A DNA stretch of 64,000 nt from Blepharisma stoltei ATCC 30299 (lineage: Eukaryota > Protista > Ciliophora): the NCBI GenBank assembly GCA_965603825.1, contig CBFDEM010000011.1, positions 1,116,704 to 1,180,703 of the forward strand, read 5' to 3'. Below the pieces are notes generated by a model. That model saw only the letters and a list, made by a program, of their open reading frames with translations, was not told the origin of the DNA and ran no database searches. A program made the translations under genes and the position numbers. Shown here piece after piece: positions 1 through 12,022 of the stretch (position 1 is its first letter; each line of letters starts with the position of its first letter).

Positions 1-451
1 TGCGTGATTTTGAGATAAATTTTGTGAGCTGCTTGGTTTTGTCGTTGCGTTCTTCAATACATTTTTGGATTTCTTGGGCTATTTCTTGCTTAACTGCTTG
101 GGATTTTGAATCAGTCTCTTCTACAAGCTTTTCGTGATGGCAGGATTCACAAAGACGCTCTTCTTCAGCACCCTTGGAAATAGAATGGTCCTTGCAGACT
201 AGTCTGCCACAAGATAAGCAGGTATGCTTTTTTTGAATCAGTGTAAATGGGGTTTCACAAATATAACAAACTTCATTGGTTTCAATGACTTTATTGAACA
301 GGTTAACTGATAAGTTGACTGGCTGGGTAATCAGACCTACAGTGCCTTTTGCTAGACCTTTTAATGCCCTTTGAGCAATATTAGGATCAGATGGAGAGCT
401 TGAAGAGCTGTTGTTAGAGTTAAACTTTAAGAGATTGGTAAAGTTTTTCAT
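1..451 (-). CDS. FYVE-like zinc-finger protein with coiled coil (3' part runs off the window)
   Basis: Manual translation from the ATG at 451 gives MKNFTNLLK...CYICETPFTLIQKKHTCLSCGRLVCKDHS...RLCESC, which has FYVE-type Cys/His spacing. The frame stays open to base 1. Not in the ORF track. Confidence 0.75.
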   Translation of the reverse strand, partial: MKNFTNLLKFNSNNSSSSSPSDPNIAQRALKGLAKGTVGLITQPVNLSVNLFNKVIETNEVCYICETPFTLIQKKHTCLSCGRLVCKDHSISKGAEEERLCESCHHEKLVEETDSKSQAVKQEIAQEIQKCIEERNDKTKQLTKFISKSR

Positions 452-638
452 GTTTTTATTACCATATTAAAAACTCTTTTTTAGATTTTATAATAATTTA
501 GATTCCATTAGAAAATAATGATATAAAAGTTGATTTTATATAAAAAAATTTTTCATCATTTCACTATTTTTGAGATTTTGGCAATCATCCTATATTTTTA
601 TAAGACATTTGGTTAATAAGGCATGCTTAGGAATATTT

Positions 639-1550
639 TTAATTGCTAGGGCATGTATTAGAGTTCGTAGGAGAAACTTCAAATTTCAGCTCCCTCCAGT
701 TCAGCTGGGCTTCTGGAAATTCGTTATATCCTTTAGAATTTCGGCACTCCGATCTAGAAGTGTCATCATCTAATATACCACAAAACATATAGCTGCAGTT
801 GGCAAAGCCAAATTTATTAGCTCTATAAATGTCTTGATTGCAGACAGGACACTTATGCTCTCTTCCATCAGACATCTCCAAAATTGCGTCGAACTTGCCC
901 ATACCCAAACAAATGCACACTCTTTGTTTGTAGGCAACACATTCATGATTCATGCAAATTCCTTCTAAAACCAATCCTGATTTTTTGATTTTTCACACCG
1001 GAACTACTGTATCTCTCCTCCCACTGTTATTATCACTAATAAGCACTGTAATAATTTCGCTTTGCTCAACTCCATAGTCAAGAAGCGTGTTGTTATCGTC
1101 CAGCTCAATTTCTTTATACAGGATTTTGACTTTATTTCGATAATCCCCACTCCCGCAGAACCTTTTCCTTAAATTCGAAATTTTTTCATTCCTTGGTAAT
1201 GACGCTCTGAGGACCTTTTTGGTATTTTCACAAATCATAAAGGAAAGTGTTATTTTTTCAGTTAAATCTTCAGTAACTTCGAGCGAAAGAGAGTCTCCAG
1301 AGGTCAAGCCAATTTCATATAAAGGCACGTAGTGAGTTGATTCAAAGACAGCCTGCTTATGCTTGATTTGAAACTTTAAGTGGGATGTTGAAATCCCTTC
1401 TTTCAGATTTTGGTGAATAATTTCGCGAGAAAGCTCACAAAGCCTGGTGGAAAGCGGCTTTTTTACTTTTATTTGAGGCTTACAGAAGTAAGTCTCATCA
1501 AGATTAATCCAGAATGAAGTATTCGCGCTAGTTGATTCATTGCAACCCAT
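639..1550 (-). CDS. Putatively N-acylated (MGC) protein with an internal ubiquitin-like domain and a C-terminal Cys-rich domain, 303 aa
   Basis: ORFs 993-1550 and 639-974 join in frame through TGA=Trp (VPVWKIKKSGLVLEGICMN). Ubl-like segment KILYKEIELDDNNTLLDYGVEQSEIITV. The C-terminal region has CMNHEC, KCPVC and GFANC. Confidence 0.75.
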
Positions 1551-1938
1551 TTTTAAGTATTTGCAACTAGTAAGACGTAGATATGGAGATTAGGGAAATC
1601 GGAGATTATTGGGATGGAAAATATTTTGAAAAAGTATAGCGAAGCAAATGAAATAAAAATAAGGACTCTTAGAGAACATTCAGTATAGGAAATTTGTTGA
1701 AATTTGTTGCCATTTACTTAGGAGATTTTAAATTAGATTGTTAATTTTATATGAATTTCGAAGAATCGTTATTTGACATTATCTATATTAAAAGCCAATT
1801 TTATAGAGAATCTTCATTTAGCACAATTAAAGACATGAGAATAATAAAGTCTCAACGGTCTATTTTTTTACTAGATAAATGTCCCATAATGATAATTTTA
1901 TTTTTTGATTATTAAAGCAAAATAAAAATGTAAATTTT

Positions 1939-2118
1939 AAATGAAGGGTTTCGCAGACCCGTCAATTCAAATACAGGCACTTTATGGTGTATAGCTCGTA
2001 GAATTGACATTTGAAATAAAAGAAGAGTTGAGCCCTTCGGGTGCTCCTCTTCTCTGCCTCACATTCCTAATCCTAGGACATTCTATATGTCGACAGGAGA
2101 CACCGTGGGCTGACAATT
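1939..2118 (+). ncRNA. Candidate U17/snR30-type box H/ACA snoRNA
   Basis: Structured intergenic island. It has a 5' hairpin (GTCAATTC/GAATTGAC), an H box AAATAA at ~2014-2019, and an internal hairpin (AGAAGAG...CTCTTCT with a UUCG loop). The 3' hairpin carries m1-like ACATTCCTA (2061-2069) and m2-like ACACCGT (2100-2106), followed by an ACA box at 2113-2115. Confidence 0.65.
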
Positions 2119-2201
2119 TTAAAAATAAACAGAAACTAAATCAATCTATTTATCCGCTTAAAAATTCTTTAATTTCTGTGTAAATTTCCTATAACCCTCA
2201 A

Positions 2202-2633
2202 TTATTCTTTAAAAGACTCCAAAAATGTGCTTTTATAAGTTTCTTTCAAGCTTGAATTCATATCAATTAAATTCCCTAATAGCTTTTCATAGCACTTTTC
2301 TTCACAAATAGTCAGATCTTCTTCTCCGTATTTAGATACAGGGTACTCCGAAGCACATCCAAACACACATTTTTTGCATTGATTGCTGTCATTAGGGAAT
2401 TTTTTGTTAAAAATCCCAAAAAAGGTATCATGCATTTCTTGGCATTCTTTTACGCAGTTTCCTCTAACTTTTTTCCAGTCTTCAAGCTGAATAGGGTCTC
2501 CACTATAACAGCTTTCAGCACATTTTGAATATTTTACCTTAACATTTCTCAATATTTTTAAGCCTTTTTCAAGCTCTTCTTCACACTGCTGTGTAAAGCT
2601 ATAATAGCTGAGTTTTCTCTTAAGATCATCCAT
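2202..2633 (-). CDS. Small helical protein with repeated CX3C motifs (possibly FAM136A/DUF842-like)
   Basis: 143-aa ORF with CAESC, CVKEC, CVFGC and CEEKC. The family call rests on the Cys pattern only. Confidence 0.55.
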   Translation of the reverse strand: MDDLKRKLSYYSFTQQCEEELEKGLKILRNVKVKYSKCAESCYSGDPIQLEDWKKVRGNCVKECQEMHDTFFGIFNKKFPNDSNQCKKCVFGCASEYPVSKYGEEDLTICEEKCYEKLLGNLIDMNSSLKETYKSTFLESFKE

Positions 2634-2660
2634 ATTAATTATCCAGGAATGGCTTAATCT

Positions 2661-3011
2661 TTACTTATTTGAGTATTGAAGTAAATAATCATTAATGACT
2701 GGAGCCATCGGTGAATACAACTGGCTTACCTTCTCAGCTAAATTTTGCTTGCAAGTTTCGTAGCAGCCTTCTTCTTTGCATGCAGAAAAACAGTAAAAAG
2801 CTTGTTGTCTAGATCTTTTCATTTCATGCACAAACTTATCATAGATTGATCTCCCTTCTTCAATGCAGGCTTGAGGCTTGCTTTCTTTCTTGCATCTATG
2901 CTTATTCACTAATAAGTAATGTTTTCTCGCAAAATCAATATCATCAGTGTCTTGAATAATCGAAATTTCTTGCCTAAAAGCTTCTTCTCTAGTTGTAGGT
3001 GGATAAGACAT
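2661..3011 (-). CDS. Hypothetical small Cys-containing protein
   Basis: 116-aa ATG-to-TAA ORF with CFSAC and CYETC motifs, flanked by AT-rich spacers. Confidence 0.6.
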   Translation of the reverse strand: MSYPPTTREEAFRQEISIIQDTDDIDFARKHYLLVNKHRCKKESKPQACIEEGRSIYDKFVHEMKRSRQQAFYCFSACKEEGCYETCKQNLAEKVSQLYSPMAPVINDYLLQYSNK

Positions 3012-3031
3012 TTTTATTAAATTAGGCTTAA

Positions 3032-3895
3032 TTATAAAATTTTGTCAGGGTGCTTTAGTCTATGAGTAAGGATTTTTATTATTTGTGGACAGCGGCCACG
3101 AATTGGGCTTGCAGTCTTGCAAGGTGAGGAAGTTCATCCTTCACCAAAAGTAGATGATAAAGGAAGAAGATCAGATTTCATATAAGAATTCATTTCTAAA
3201 GTTTTCAGCGAAATATGTTTAAGTGCATTGCGATCTGTCCCAGATAGCATAAATGCAGGCAATGTTTTATCACATGGCTTGGTTGGAGACTTACTGAGAT
3301 CTGGGCTTTGAGTTTTAGAGTCAATTTGTGAGTAGTTGATGGAATCAATTATTATATCACTTTTTGTGATCCTGTGAAATGGTGGCCTACCTTGAGCTTT
3401 ATTGAATTTAATAGTACCTTTTTCTGTATTTTTTTTAACTGCACTGTAATTAGGGTCATAAGAGGCTTGGCTTGATAAATCTTGATAAGTCTTAAAAGTT
3501 TCCCTCCCAAGGTATTTCGACATATCAGGCGTCCTGATATTTTGGACTTTTGTCGATATTGGTGGAGAGTGATCAAAAGGAATAAATCGATTATGATGGA
3601 CATCCTGGGCTCATTTGAGAAATTCAGGGCGTGCAAGCTGTTTTTCGAAAGAAATTGGAGACTGAACATGGGGTGATAAAGAACGGCGAGGAGCTGAAAT
3701 GGCTGATAACGTTCGTTTATGATGGGTTTCTGTAATAAAAAAATTTGAAGGCATTGTGGCAGTTTTAGGAGAGTTAAGAGGAAATGATGATTCTGCGGAG
3801 TTTGGCTTGTGGCGAACAGATTCTATGGTAAGCTTTGTAGGAGCACCAATTTTGGAGTAGAGATCTAAGGACTGGGGTTTGAAGTGCCTTGCCAT
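3032..3895 (-). CDS. Hypothetical Ser/Pro/Lys-rich protein (alternative start at 3991)
   Basis: ORFs 3611-3991 and 3134-3523 are one frame via TGA=Trp at 3611 and 3134. The frame continues to TAA at 3032-3034. Confidence 0.65.
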
Positions 3896-4297
3896 TAGAT
3901 AAATGCAATTAATAGAAAATATTGTTTGTGTTTTAAAATTTATAGGCTTGTAATTACTGAGTGAATTATAGCAACGATTGAAATATTCCATTTATAAACC
4001 AGAAATGTAATAAAAGATCAATAAAAATAAACACAAAAAAATCTGTATAATTATTATGATTAAAAGCAAAAAATGCTCCTATTTTGCAAACAATTTACTC
4101 TTAAATTAATTTAAAAAGTTTTAACTTATACGATCAAATCCTATTTAAGTTATAAATAGACAATCATCCCAAGAATGATATTTAATGTATTTTCTTAGCT
4201 AAGCATCGATACTAGCATATATAGCTTATCAAGTCTTGAATAAAAACTTCTATATAATTTTAAATAATTTTTTGGGGGCTCATCTAATATATCATAT

Positions 4298-4708
4298 ATG
4301 GAAGCTAAAGAACTCGGCCTTTGTGCATTATTTCGAGGAGTTGACTATGTAGCGAAAGCTTCGAAGCGACCAAGAGAGCAGATAAAAGCTTTTACCTCTC
4401 TAGTTTCTAATAAGACAACTCCATGCCTTTCTAAGCTACTAGACTCCATTAAGAACGTGTCAAACGATATAGGAATTGAAGAAACTGCTGAAATACTGCG
4501 TCTTCCTACAGATGTTTTAAGACTTTTACTAATAAATTATGGGGTTCGGAAAGTGGATCGAGAGAGCAACAAAATAGCTATGGATAATGAAGATTTCAAT
4601 GACCCCGAAGAAGATGAATCATACTCAGAAGCTGAAATAAAATTCGATAAAGAGCCGAAAGCTACTAAACACGCGAATTATTCTTATCAAATAATAGACG
4701 AAGATTAA
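4298..4708 (+). CDS. Hypothetical protein, N-terminal paralog of the next gene
   Basis: DYVAKASKRPREQIKAFTSLVS...PCLSKL matches DYIAKAAKRPREEIQAFTSLVS...PCLDKL encoded from 4812. Confidence 0.65.
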   Translation: MEAKELGLCALFRGVDYVAKASKRPREQIKAFTSLVSNKTTPCLSKLLDSIKNVSNDIGIEETAEILRLPTDVLRLLLINYGVRKVDRESNKIAMDNEDFNDPEEDESYSEAEIKFDKEPKATKHANYSYQIIDED

Positions 4709-4780
4709 TTATAATATAAATTTTAAATGATTAAATTCGTTATAAATTGATAAATTTTATGGCCTAGTCTTACATAAATT

Positions 4781-5780
4781 ATGCAGAAAATTATCAAAAA
4801 ATAATTTACTAGACTATATCGCTAAAGCAGCCAAGCGTCCACGAGAAGAAATTCAAGCTTTCACCTCCTTAGTATCCTACAGCTCAATACCTTGCCTAGA
4901 TAAACTTCAAAAAACACTCGTAAACGTCGCAAATGAACTAGGCACAAAGCCTACAGCCCAGATGCTTAGCATATCAGAAGAAATTTTATCCTTAATCATC
5001 TCTGAAGAATTTTCCAAACCCTCCCCAAAGCCTACCACAAACCATATAAAACCCAATCACGTAAAAAAACCCAAACAAATCCCTACAAATAACATATCAA
5101 ATCCTATAGAAATCGAAACTTATGAGCCAGTTACCGCAGAGGAGTCCAAAAATGTCTTAGAAGAACTCAAAAGGCGAATCACACAGCTTTATAGAGGAAA
5201 CGTAAAAATCAAAGTCATTATGGCCTTATTTGATATTAGAAACTCCTGCTTTATACATAGTTTTGGGGACTGGGAACGATCTGTAGCTAGACAGAGACTT
5301 TTTGAACTAAGGGAAAAAATAACCCAGCTTAAATCTGAAGGAAAAACTGATGAAGAAATCAGCAAAATACTGTGTATGCGAGAAAACAAAATGAGAGAAA
5401 TCATGGGCGACTTAAAAAGACCAAAATTAGTATATACAACACAAGATATCAAAGAAGCCATTTGCTTATATAAAACTATAAGAAATAAAAAAAGAACTGC
5501 AAAAGAGCTTGGGGTTTCAGTTTTTACGCTGGAAGAGTGGATAAATAAAAGCAAAACAGGGGAGCTGTGGTCGATTTATGATAATGATGAAGGAATTCCA
5601 TCGACTATTATTTTAAATGCCTTGGAAACTTATTATTTGACGAAAAACCTTGAAGCTGCAGCTAAGGTTTCAGGGCTGACTATCCTTAAAGTTTCGAAGT
5701 TTGTGGAAAGGTGCAGAATGAGATCTTTGGAATTTAAAGACAAACGTAAAAACTCTGAAGAAAATCATGAAGAAGAATAA
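4781..5780 (+). CDS. Multi-helix-turn-helix protein, start uncertain
   Basis: The frame is open upstream of 4962 with homology to 4298-4708. HTH-like segments are TDEEISKILCM, TAKELGVSVFTLEEWI and AAAKVSGLTILKV. There is no in-frame ATG, and the ATG at 4781 needs a 1-nt correction in an A run. Confidence 0.6.
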
Positions 5781-6192
5781 AATATTATTTAAATGTAAAA
5801 ACATTAAAAAATATTAATATTGCATATTTAAGTTAAAAAGTGCTATAAACTATGGCTCATTTGATGACCTAATTCTTTATCTTTTTATTTTAATTAAATT
5901 TCATTTTCCTTAGAGCTGCTCATATATATTTTATCATTTAAAATACAGATTTAATCAGGAACATAAATTTAATTGCATTAAGCTATATTCTAAGAAAATG
6001 ATATAGATTACAATTAGAAGTATATTATAGTTATTATCACTAAAACTAGTATAACTCATTTTAATTTAAACAATAATAATTTTTAAGCTTATATAAAAAT
6101 CAGCAATCAAGAATTTTGACTATCGAAAAGTTTTCTTTAAGATAATTTATTATGTAACTGTTTGAGAAAATGTTATAAAAGAATAAATTGCT

Positions 6193-9100
6193 ATGAGAAA
6201 TTCATGAAGTGGAAGCCAAGTAAGCCGAAAACCTCTCTCAGATTTAATGAGAAGCCAGCAAGTCAGTATCGACCAAGATCAAGTTTCAAATGTCGCATCA
6301 GATATCACTGATGATTATACAGGGCCGTCATTAGCTTTATTTGCGAAAATTATATGATCTAAAAAACTAGTCTTTACTCAACTCGCCCAACAAGGTGGAT
6401 TACGGCCACGCGTAAAAATGAGCCCTTCTGAGCTACTATCATTACTAAAACGTTCCGGAGTCGCTACAAATATGCATCAACTTAAAGCGTTTCTGCGATA
6501 TATGCAAGTTGAGAGTGCATCTCCGCTAGATATAGTTGAAGCTGCTAGAGCCCTTGGCAATAATGAGAGTGGCCTTACTTCAATAGAAGAAATCGACACA
6601 GGAGAAGAAAAATTCCCAGTATTTGTACATACTGATAGGTATTCTGAAAGGGTCAGAGAAGTATTAAAAGACACAGATTTAAAAGCATTTTTTAGAGAAG
6701 CCACACTTGGGACGGGCGTGATGGATATTGATAGCTTTGCAACAGCAATTTCATTGAAAAGTAATGGAAGGGTAAGACAAATTGAAGCACAAAAAGCGTT
6801 TGAAAAAATTGCGAATGGGAATGAAAATTTTACTGAGGAAGAATTTGTGAATGCCTTTAAAAATTACGAGAGACCAGGAAGGACGTTAACTCATTCAATA
6901 AAAATTTTAAAAAATTGGCTGAGAGACGAAAAACTCACTACTGAGCAAGGATTCGAGTATTTGCTAAGGATCACTGGAGCAAATAAAACTTTAAATTTTG
7001 ACCAATTTGTGATAGGGCTAACAGAATTTAATTTTAGTCAATATGAGCTTTATTTGTTATTTAGAGAAATTGATTCGAAACAAGATGGAGTAATTGACTT
7101 GACTGAGTGGATGAATAAAATCTATGAGAGCTCTGGGCCTTATCAGTCACTGCGAGACATTGTCCTTGAAAATAATTTGCAGACTGATGATTTACTCATC
7201 AAAATGGATTTAAAAGACAAACAAAATATCGGCTTAGCTGAATTTGCAAGTATTTTACAAAAAATGGACCCTACTTTAACAGCTGGAAAAGCTGTAGATT
7301 TAGCAAAAATCGCTATCGGCAAACAAGGATACGTTGATTTGCAAGATTTTCTATTACAATTATCACAGAAACCTGTGGATTACGAAGGCGACTGAAAAGA
7401 ACAAATTTTAAGAAAAATCCAAAACCATATTAAAGGAAACGTCGAAAAAATGAAAAAAATATTTGAAGACGCTGACGAACGAAACAATGGAAAATTGCCA
7501 CTTGCAGATTTCCAGCACTGTTTGCATAAAGCAGATATTGGGCTTCCTGCGATAGAAATTGAAAGACTTGCCAGAATTCTTGATAGAAAAGGTGACCATT
7601 TGGTTGATTATACAGATTTTTTGGACCATTTAGAAGGAAAAAATTTAAGTCCTCCAGACCCTCTTAAAAAAACTATCCTCAGGCTTATAGTATTTCTCCG
7701 TCAAAATTCCCTCGCCCCAGCACAACTTCTGAAAAGACTAGGAGGGAACGTCACAATAGAAACCTTTGCCAAATTTATCAGAATAAAAGTAGATAAACGG
7801 CTTGACCGTGTCACTGCTTATGAAGTTTCTAATAAATTTGACATGAACCATGATGGAATTATTGATATTGTCGATCTTTCAGCAGCCTTAAATAGTAAAT
7901 CCTATGCTTCTTTTTCGCGAAATTCTCCATTTCCAACTGATAAATTGAACCAAGAAAGAGCTAAAGGCATTATAAGAGATGTAAGAAATGCCTTGATACA
8001 GAAAAGGATGAATTATAAGGACGCATTTACTGCGTTTGATACAAAAAATAACGGGATGCTGACTTGCAAAGAATTTTCTGATGGAATTGATAAGGTTATA
8101 GAGCTGTCTCAGCCAGTCAAAAATGGGCTTTTTGCCATTATGGATAAGCAGGGGATTGGCTTGATTGATTATAAGGCGTTTTGTGATGTGATAAAAGAAG
8201 GGGATGTGCATGAGAAAGAACATGGAGATTCGTGGAGCTGGGAAACGAAAATTATTCATATGATAAAAAAATGGATTACTCAAGAAGGAATTAGCATCGA
8301 AAACGCATTCCGGGCATTTGATAAGGATTTTGATGGGATGATGAGCAAAGAAGACTTACGACAAAGCCTAGTCTCAATCTTAAAACTTGAAGAAAGAGAA
8401 ATTCCTTCATCAAGACTTGACAGGCTTTATAAGCTTATGGACAACTATAAGCGAAATTCTGTATACCTAGCTGACTTCAAAATATTATTTGAAGAAAATA
8501 AAGTCCAGGATTGGCGAGACTCAGCCAAGCAGCAGATTGGGCTTTATTTATCAAAAAAATTTTCTGATAATATAAGGTCATTTGAATTCGTGTCACAACT
8601 GACAGGGAAAATTACCTTTCAGCATTTTGATAAATGAATCCAGAAAAATCAAATTTTGCAAGGATTTAACCTGACCAATGAGCTAAACCAGCAATTATTT
8701 GCAAGCTTAGATTTTCACAGAAAAGGATACTTATTACAGCATGACTGGGATTTAGCCTTTGGAAATATCAGTTGAAATAAGCAATGCTTAGACGAGCTAA
8801 AAGACGCTATACGCTCCACATTTACCGACACAAATAATGCATTTTCTCATTTCCAAAGATACGCAAAAGGCTCAGAGCTGACCATTTCTGACTTCTCTGA
8901 AGGAGTCCACGCCTTAATCCCTGACCGTTTTTCTAGCAAAGATATCAATGATTTATGGCAACAAATAGTTGGCCCCAACCCAGGCCTGAGTTTCCCTGTT
9001 TTTAAGCAGGCTTTTGAAGACGTCAAGTTTTTATCTCGCCTTTCTTTTTGTAAATCCTCTATGAAATCGCGGTCTTTAACAAGGGAGTCTCGAAGAGACC

Positions 9101-9996
9101 TAAAAACTCCATTTTCTACCTTAAGCTATAGATCTTATGAGGAAGACCCATTAAAAAGGCTACAGTCCATGATTTCTGTTTCTAATACCAGGATTGAAAA
9201 TATTTTCAGCGAAATTGACTCGACTTCGTCTGGAAAAGTCTCGTCATTTGAGTTCAGAAAAGCGCTGAGGAGGCTCAATTTAGGCCTAACAGCAAGGGAA
9301 ATAGATAATATTGTTATGAGGTGTGACGCGAATAATAATGGAATTATTGATTGGAAAAATTTTAACAATCAGTTTGTGAAATCTGGGGTTGAAAACCAAA
9401 TAAAAGGAATCGCTAGTGAAAAAATAGAAAAATATACAGAAAACATGTTTTCTTATATGCTGTCACCTCGAGATGCTTTTAACCAATTTGACAAAGAAAG
9501 GTCTGGGTATTTAAGTTTTGAAGCCTTTGTCAATTTGATGACAAAGCTATGCAAACTTTCAAAAGATCAAATACCTAGCTTTACTGTGCTGAGAGATTTA
9601 TTTGAAATTATTGACTTACGGAAAGACGGAGTCCTTGACGTAAAAGAATGAATTTCTACCTTTAAATCCCATGCTCCAATGCCATGGGAAAATTCCCAGC
9701 TATATGACGACGTGTGCCTTTCTATTTCCAAGCATAGAAAAGGCTTACTCCTTACCTTTGAAGCCTTATCCGGGACTGGTTTTGTCTCTTTCACCGAAGC
9801 TAAAAACATCATCACCAGTATCCTCAAAGGTACAAAACTCCCAGACATATTATGAAACCAAATCCTCAGAGTTGCCTTAAAAGATGGCAAAATTGACTAT
9901 AAGTTTCTACTCGAAGTATACAAAAACCGAGCATTAACCAAACAAATGCACCCAAAAAGTACAGCGAAGCCAGAAGAAATTTCACTTAAAGCTTAA
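6193..9996 (+). CDS. Large multi-EF-hand calcium-binding protein (~1267 aa)
   Basis: One continuous frame when TGA=Trp, joining ORFs 6418, 7450 and 9061. Many EF loops: DSKQDGVID, DMNHDGIID, DKDFDGMMS, DANNNGIID, DKERSGYLS. Confidence 0.88.
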
Positions 9997-10028
9997 TTTA
10001 ATAGATGATGTAGGAAATTAATATAAAT

Positions 10029-10355
10029 ATGGATAAGAGAAGAGACAGACGAATTGAAGACCATGTAGAGGACGAAAACAACAAAAAAATAAAAGTTTTG
10101 CATTCCCAAGTATCAGAAATAAAAGCCGCCGCAAATAATATTTACCAAGAAACAAAAGACAGCAATTCCTTTTTAGATGTGTTTAATGGGCAGATGGAAA
10201 AAGGAAAAGCGGGTGTGAGAAATGTGTTTGATAGGTTTGAAGGGGTTTTAGCTGACAGGAATAACAGGCTGAGCATTTATATTGCAGGGTTTCTGACTAT
10301 TCTTTTCCTTATTGTGTGGAAATATGCAATGTACAGTGGAGGTGAATCTAGCTAA
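10029..10355 (+). CDS. BET1-like Qc-SNARE
   Basis: EDENNKKIKVLHSQVSEIK...IYQE SNARE heptads followed by a C-terminal transmembrane helix. Confidence 0.75.
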   Translation: MDKRRDRRIEDHVEDENNKKIKVLHSQVSEIKAAANNIYQETKDSNSFLDVFNGQMEKGKAGVRNVFDRFEGVLADRNNRLSIYIAGFLTILFLIVWKYAMYSGGESS

Positions 10356-10436
10356 TCTATTATAGTAAATTTCTTTTTATTTTAGTAAAATTTATAATAA
10401 TCCTTATAAAATCTTACAATTTATAATAAGTTAGCA

Positions 10437-11033
10437 CTACTGTTTACAAAACTTGCTGATTTTCATATAAGTTTCTCGGATTCCTCGCATCCTCATCTGT
10501 AAATCCGTAACTTGTTCTGTAATATAAGCATTTTCTCGATGAATGTTAAAAAGTGGGGTCTTATTTATTTCATTGCATTTGGATTTATAGCACGCAATCG
10601 CAGCGTCTTCTGATTCAAAATTGCCATCATCATTAAAAGGAAATCTGTCAAATTCAATTCCTGCGTCCTCTTCTGGCTCATCTTCCGACGTCATTATTTC
10701 ATCAATACATATCGAATGGGAAAGAGGGGTGAAGCCGACAGAATTTCGCTCATGGACACATCGATAACTGATAATGGACAGCTTGTCAATAGCCTCGTTG
10801 TTCCTATTCAGCTTAAAGCTATAAGTCCGCTGGCGATTCTCTCTGATGAAGTTTTCAGATTTTAGGTCTTTAAACAATCCTGGGCTTTCTGATGAAGAAC
10901 TCCCACAGATGTTGTAGGCTTTCGCATCGTTGCTTTCTAAGGAGATTAACCGTGGCCTGGTATTGAGGTTTTTGTCTTTTAACGGAGTCAGAGCTCCACA
11001 GTTTGGAGAGCTGGACTTTGAGTAGTTGAGCAT
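10437..11033 (-). CDS. Hypothetical protein
   Basis: 198-aa ATG-to-TAG ORF with coding-like composition and no recognisable domain. Confidence 0.65.
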   Translation of the reverse strand: MLNYSKSSSPNCGALTPLKDKNLNTRPRLISLESNDAKAYNICGSSSSESPGLFKDLKSENFIRENRQRTYSFKLNRNNEAIDKLSIISYRCVHERNSVGFTPLSHSICIDEIMTSEDEPEEDAGIEFDRFPFNDDGNFESEDAAIACYKSKCNEINKTPLFNIHRENAYITEQVTDLQMRMRGIRETYMKISKFCKQ

Positions 11034-11560
11034 TTATAAATTTCTTAACGTGAAGATACAGTCGAAAAATATCGAGAAATTGGAAAATGGGGAGAGAAGA
11101 GAAAGAGAGGGATTAGGATGGAATACGATTAAATTAGATAAGTATTATATATATGCCTGACAAAATAGAAAAAAATCGAAACATATGCAGAATCTTGATT
11201 AAAATTGGAAATTGTAAGATGTGGATTAAGAGGATAAGGGTTTTCTGCATTCAATAGCTTGTAAACTGAAATTTAAAAGAAATATAAATTTTTTCACCCC
11301 CATTTTAAAATTGAAAGTTGTTGAGATTTAAAATCCCATAGTAAAATTTAATTAAATTTTTCAAAATTTTGCTAAATTTTACTAAAGCCTAATTTTATAA
11401 AAATCAAAAAATCTTTATTGATAAATATTTTAACTACGATTATTTTTGTTGAAATTAGCATCAAAATATTTTGCATTAATTTATTTAACTTAGGCTATTT
11501 TTATATTTTTACCTCTGGCTATTATCGATTCTTTATGCCGCGCATTATTATAATTTAAAT

Positions 11561-12022
11561 ATGCCTAAAAAGGGAAATAGTGAAGGCTCAATGAAATCCA
11601 CCAAAGACAAAGCTCAAAAGCAAGTCACCAAGAAAAAAGCCGAACCAGAATCAGACCAAGAAGAAGAAAAGCCCGTAAAGCATGACGGTATCCAGCCTAA
11701 ACGAGCTAGATCCGCCTACATCTTCTTCTCAACAGAAAAAAGGCCTGAAATTTCTGAAGAATACAAAGGCAAAGAAGCCATGAAAAAGCTCGGCGCAATG
11801 TGGAAAGAATGTTCAGACGCTGCCAAGAAGCCCTACATCGCCTTAGCTGAAAAAGACAAAGAACGCTTTGATCGTCAAATGGCCGAATTCGAAAAAACCG
11901 GGGAATTCCACGACGAAGATGGAAACGTCGTCACAGAGGACAAACCAATGAAAAGAAGAAGCATGAGCGCCAAGGAAAGTGCCGGGACCAAAAGAAAGGC
12001 AGGAGGGAAGAAAAAATGTTAA
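11561..12022 (+). CDS. HMG-box protein (NHP6/HMGB-like)
   Basis: PKRARSAYIFF...KKLGAMWKE...KKPYIALAEKDKERF is the HMG-box signature. Confidence 0.92.
   Translation: MPKKGNSEGSMKSTKDKAQKQVTKKKAEPESDQEEEKPVKHDGIQPKRARSAYIFFSTEKRPEISEEYKGKEAMKKLGAMWKECSDAAKKPYIALAEKDKERFDRQMAEFEKTGEFHDEDGNVVTEDKPMKRRSMSAKESAGTKRKAGGKKKC

Noticed and set aside
1939-2118. Telomerase RNA or tRNA interpretation of the structured intergenic island
   Set aside because: There is no CCCUAACA template on either strand and no cloverleaf. The H/ACA plus m1/m2 layout fits better.
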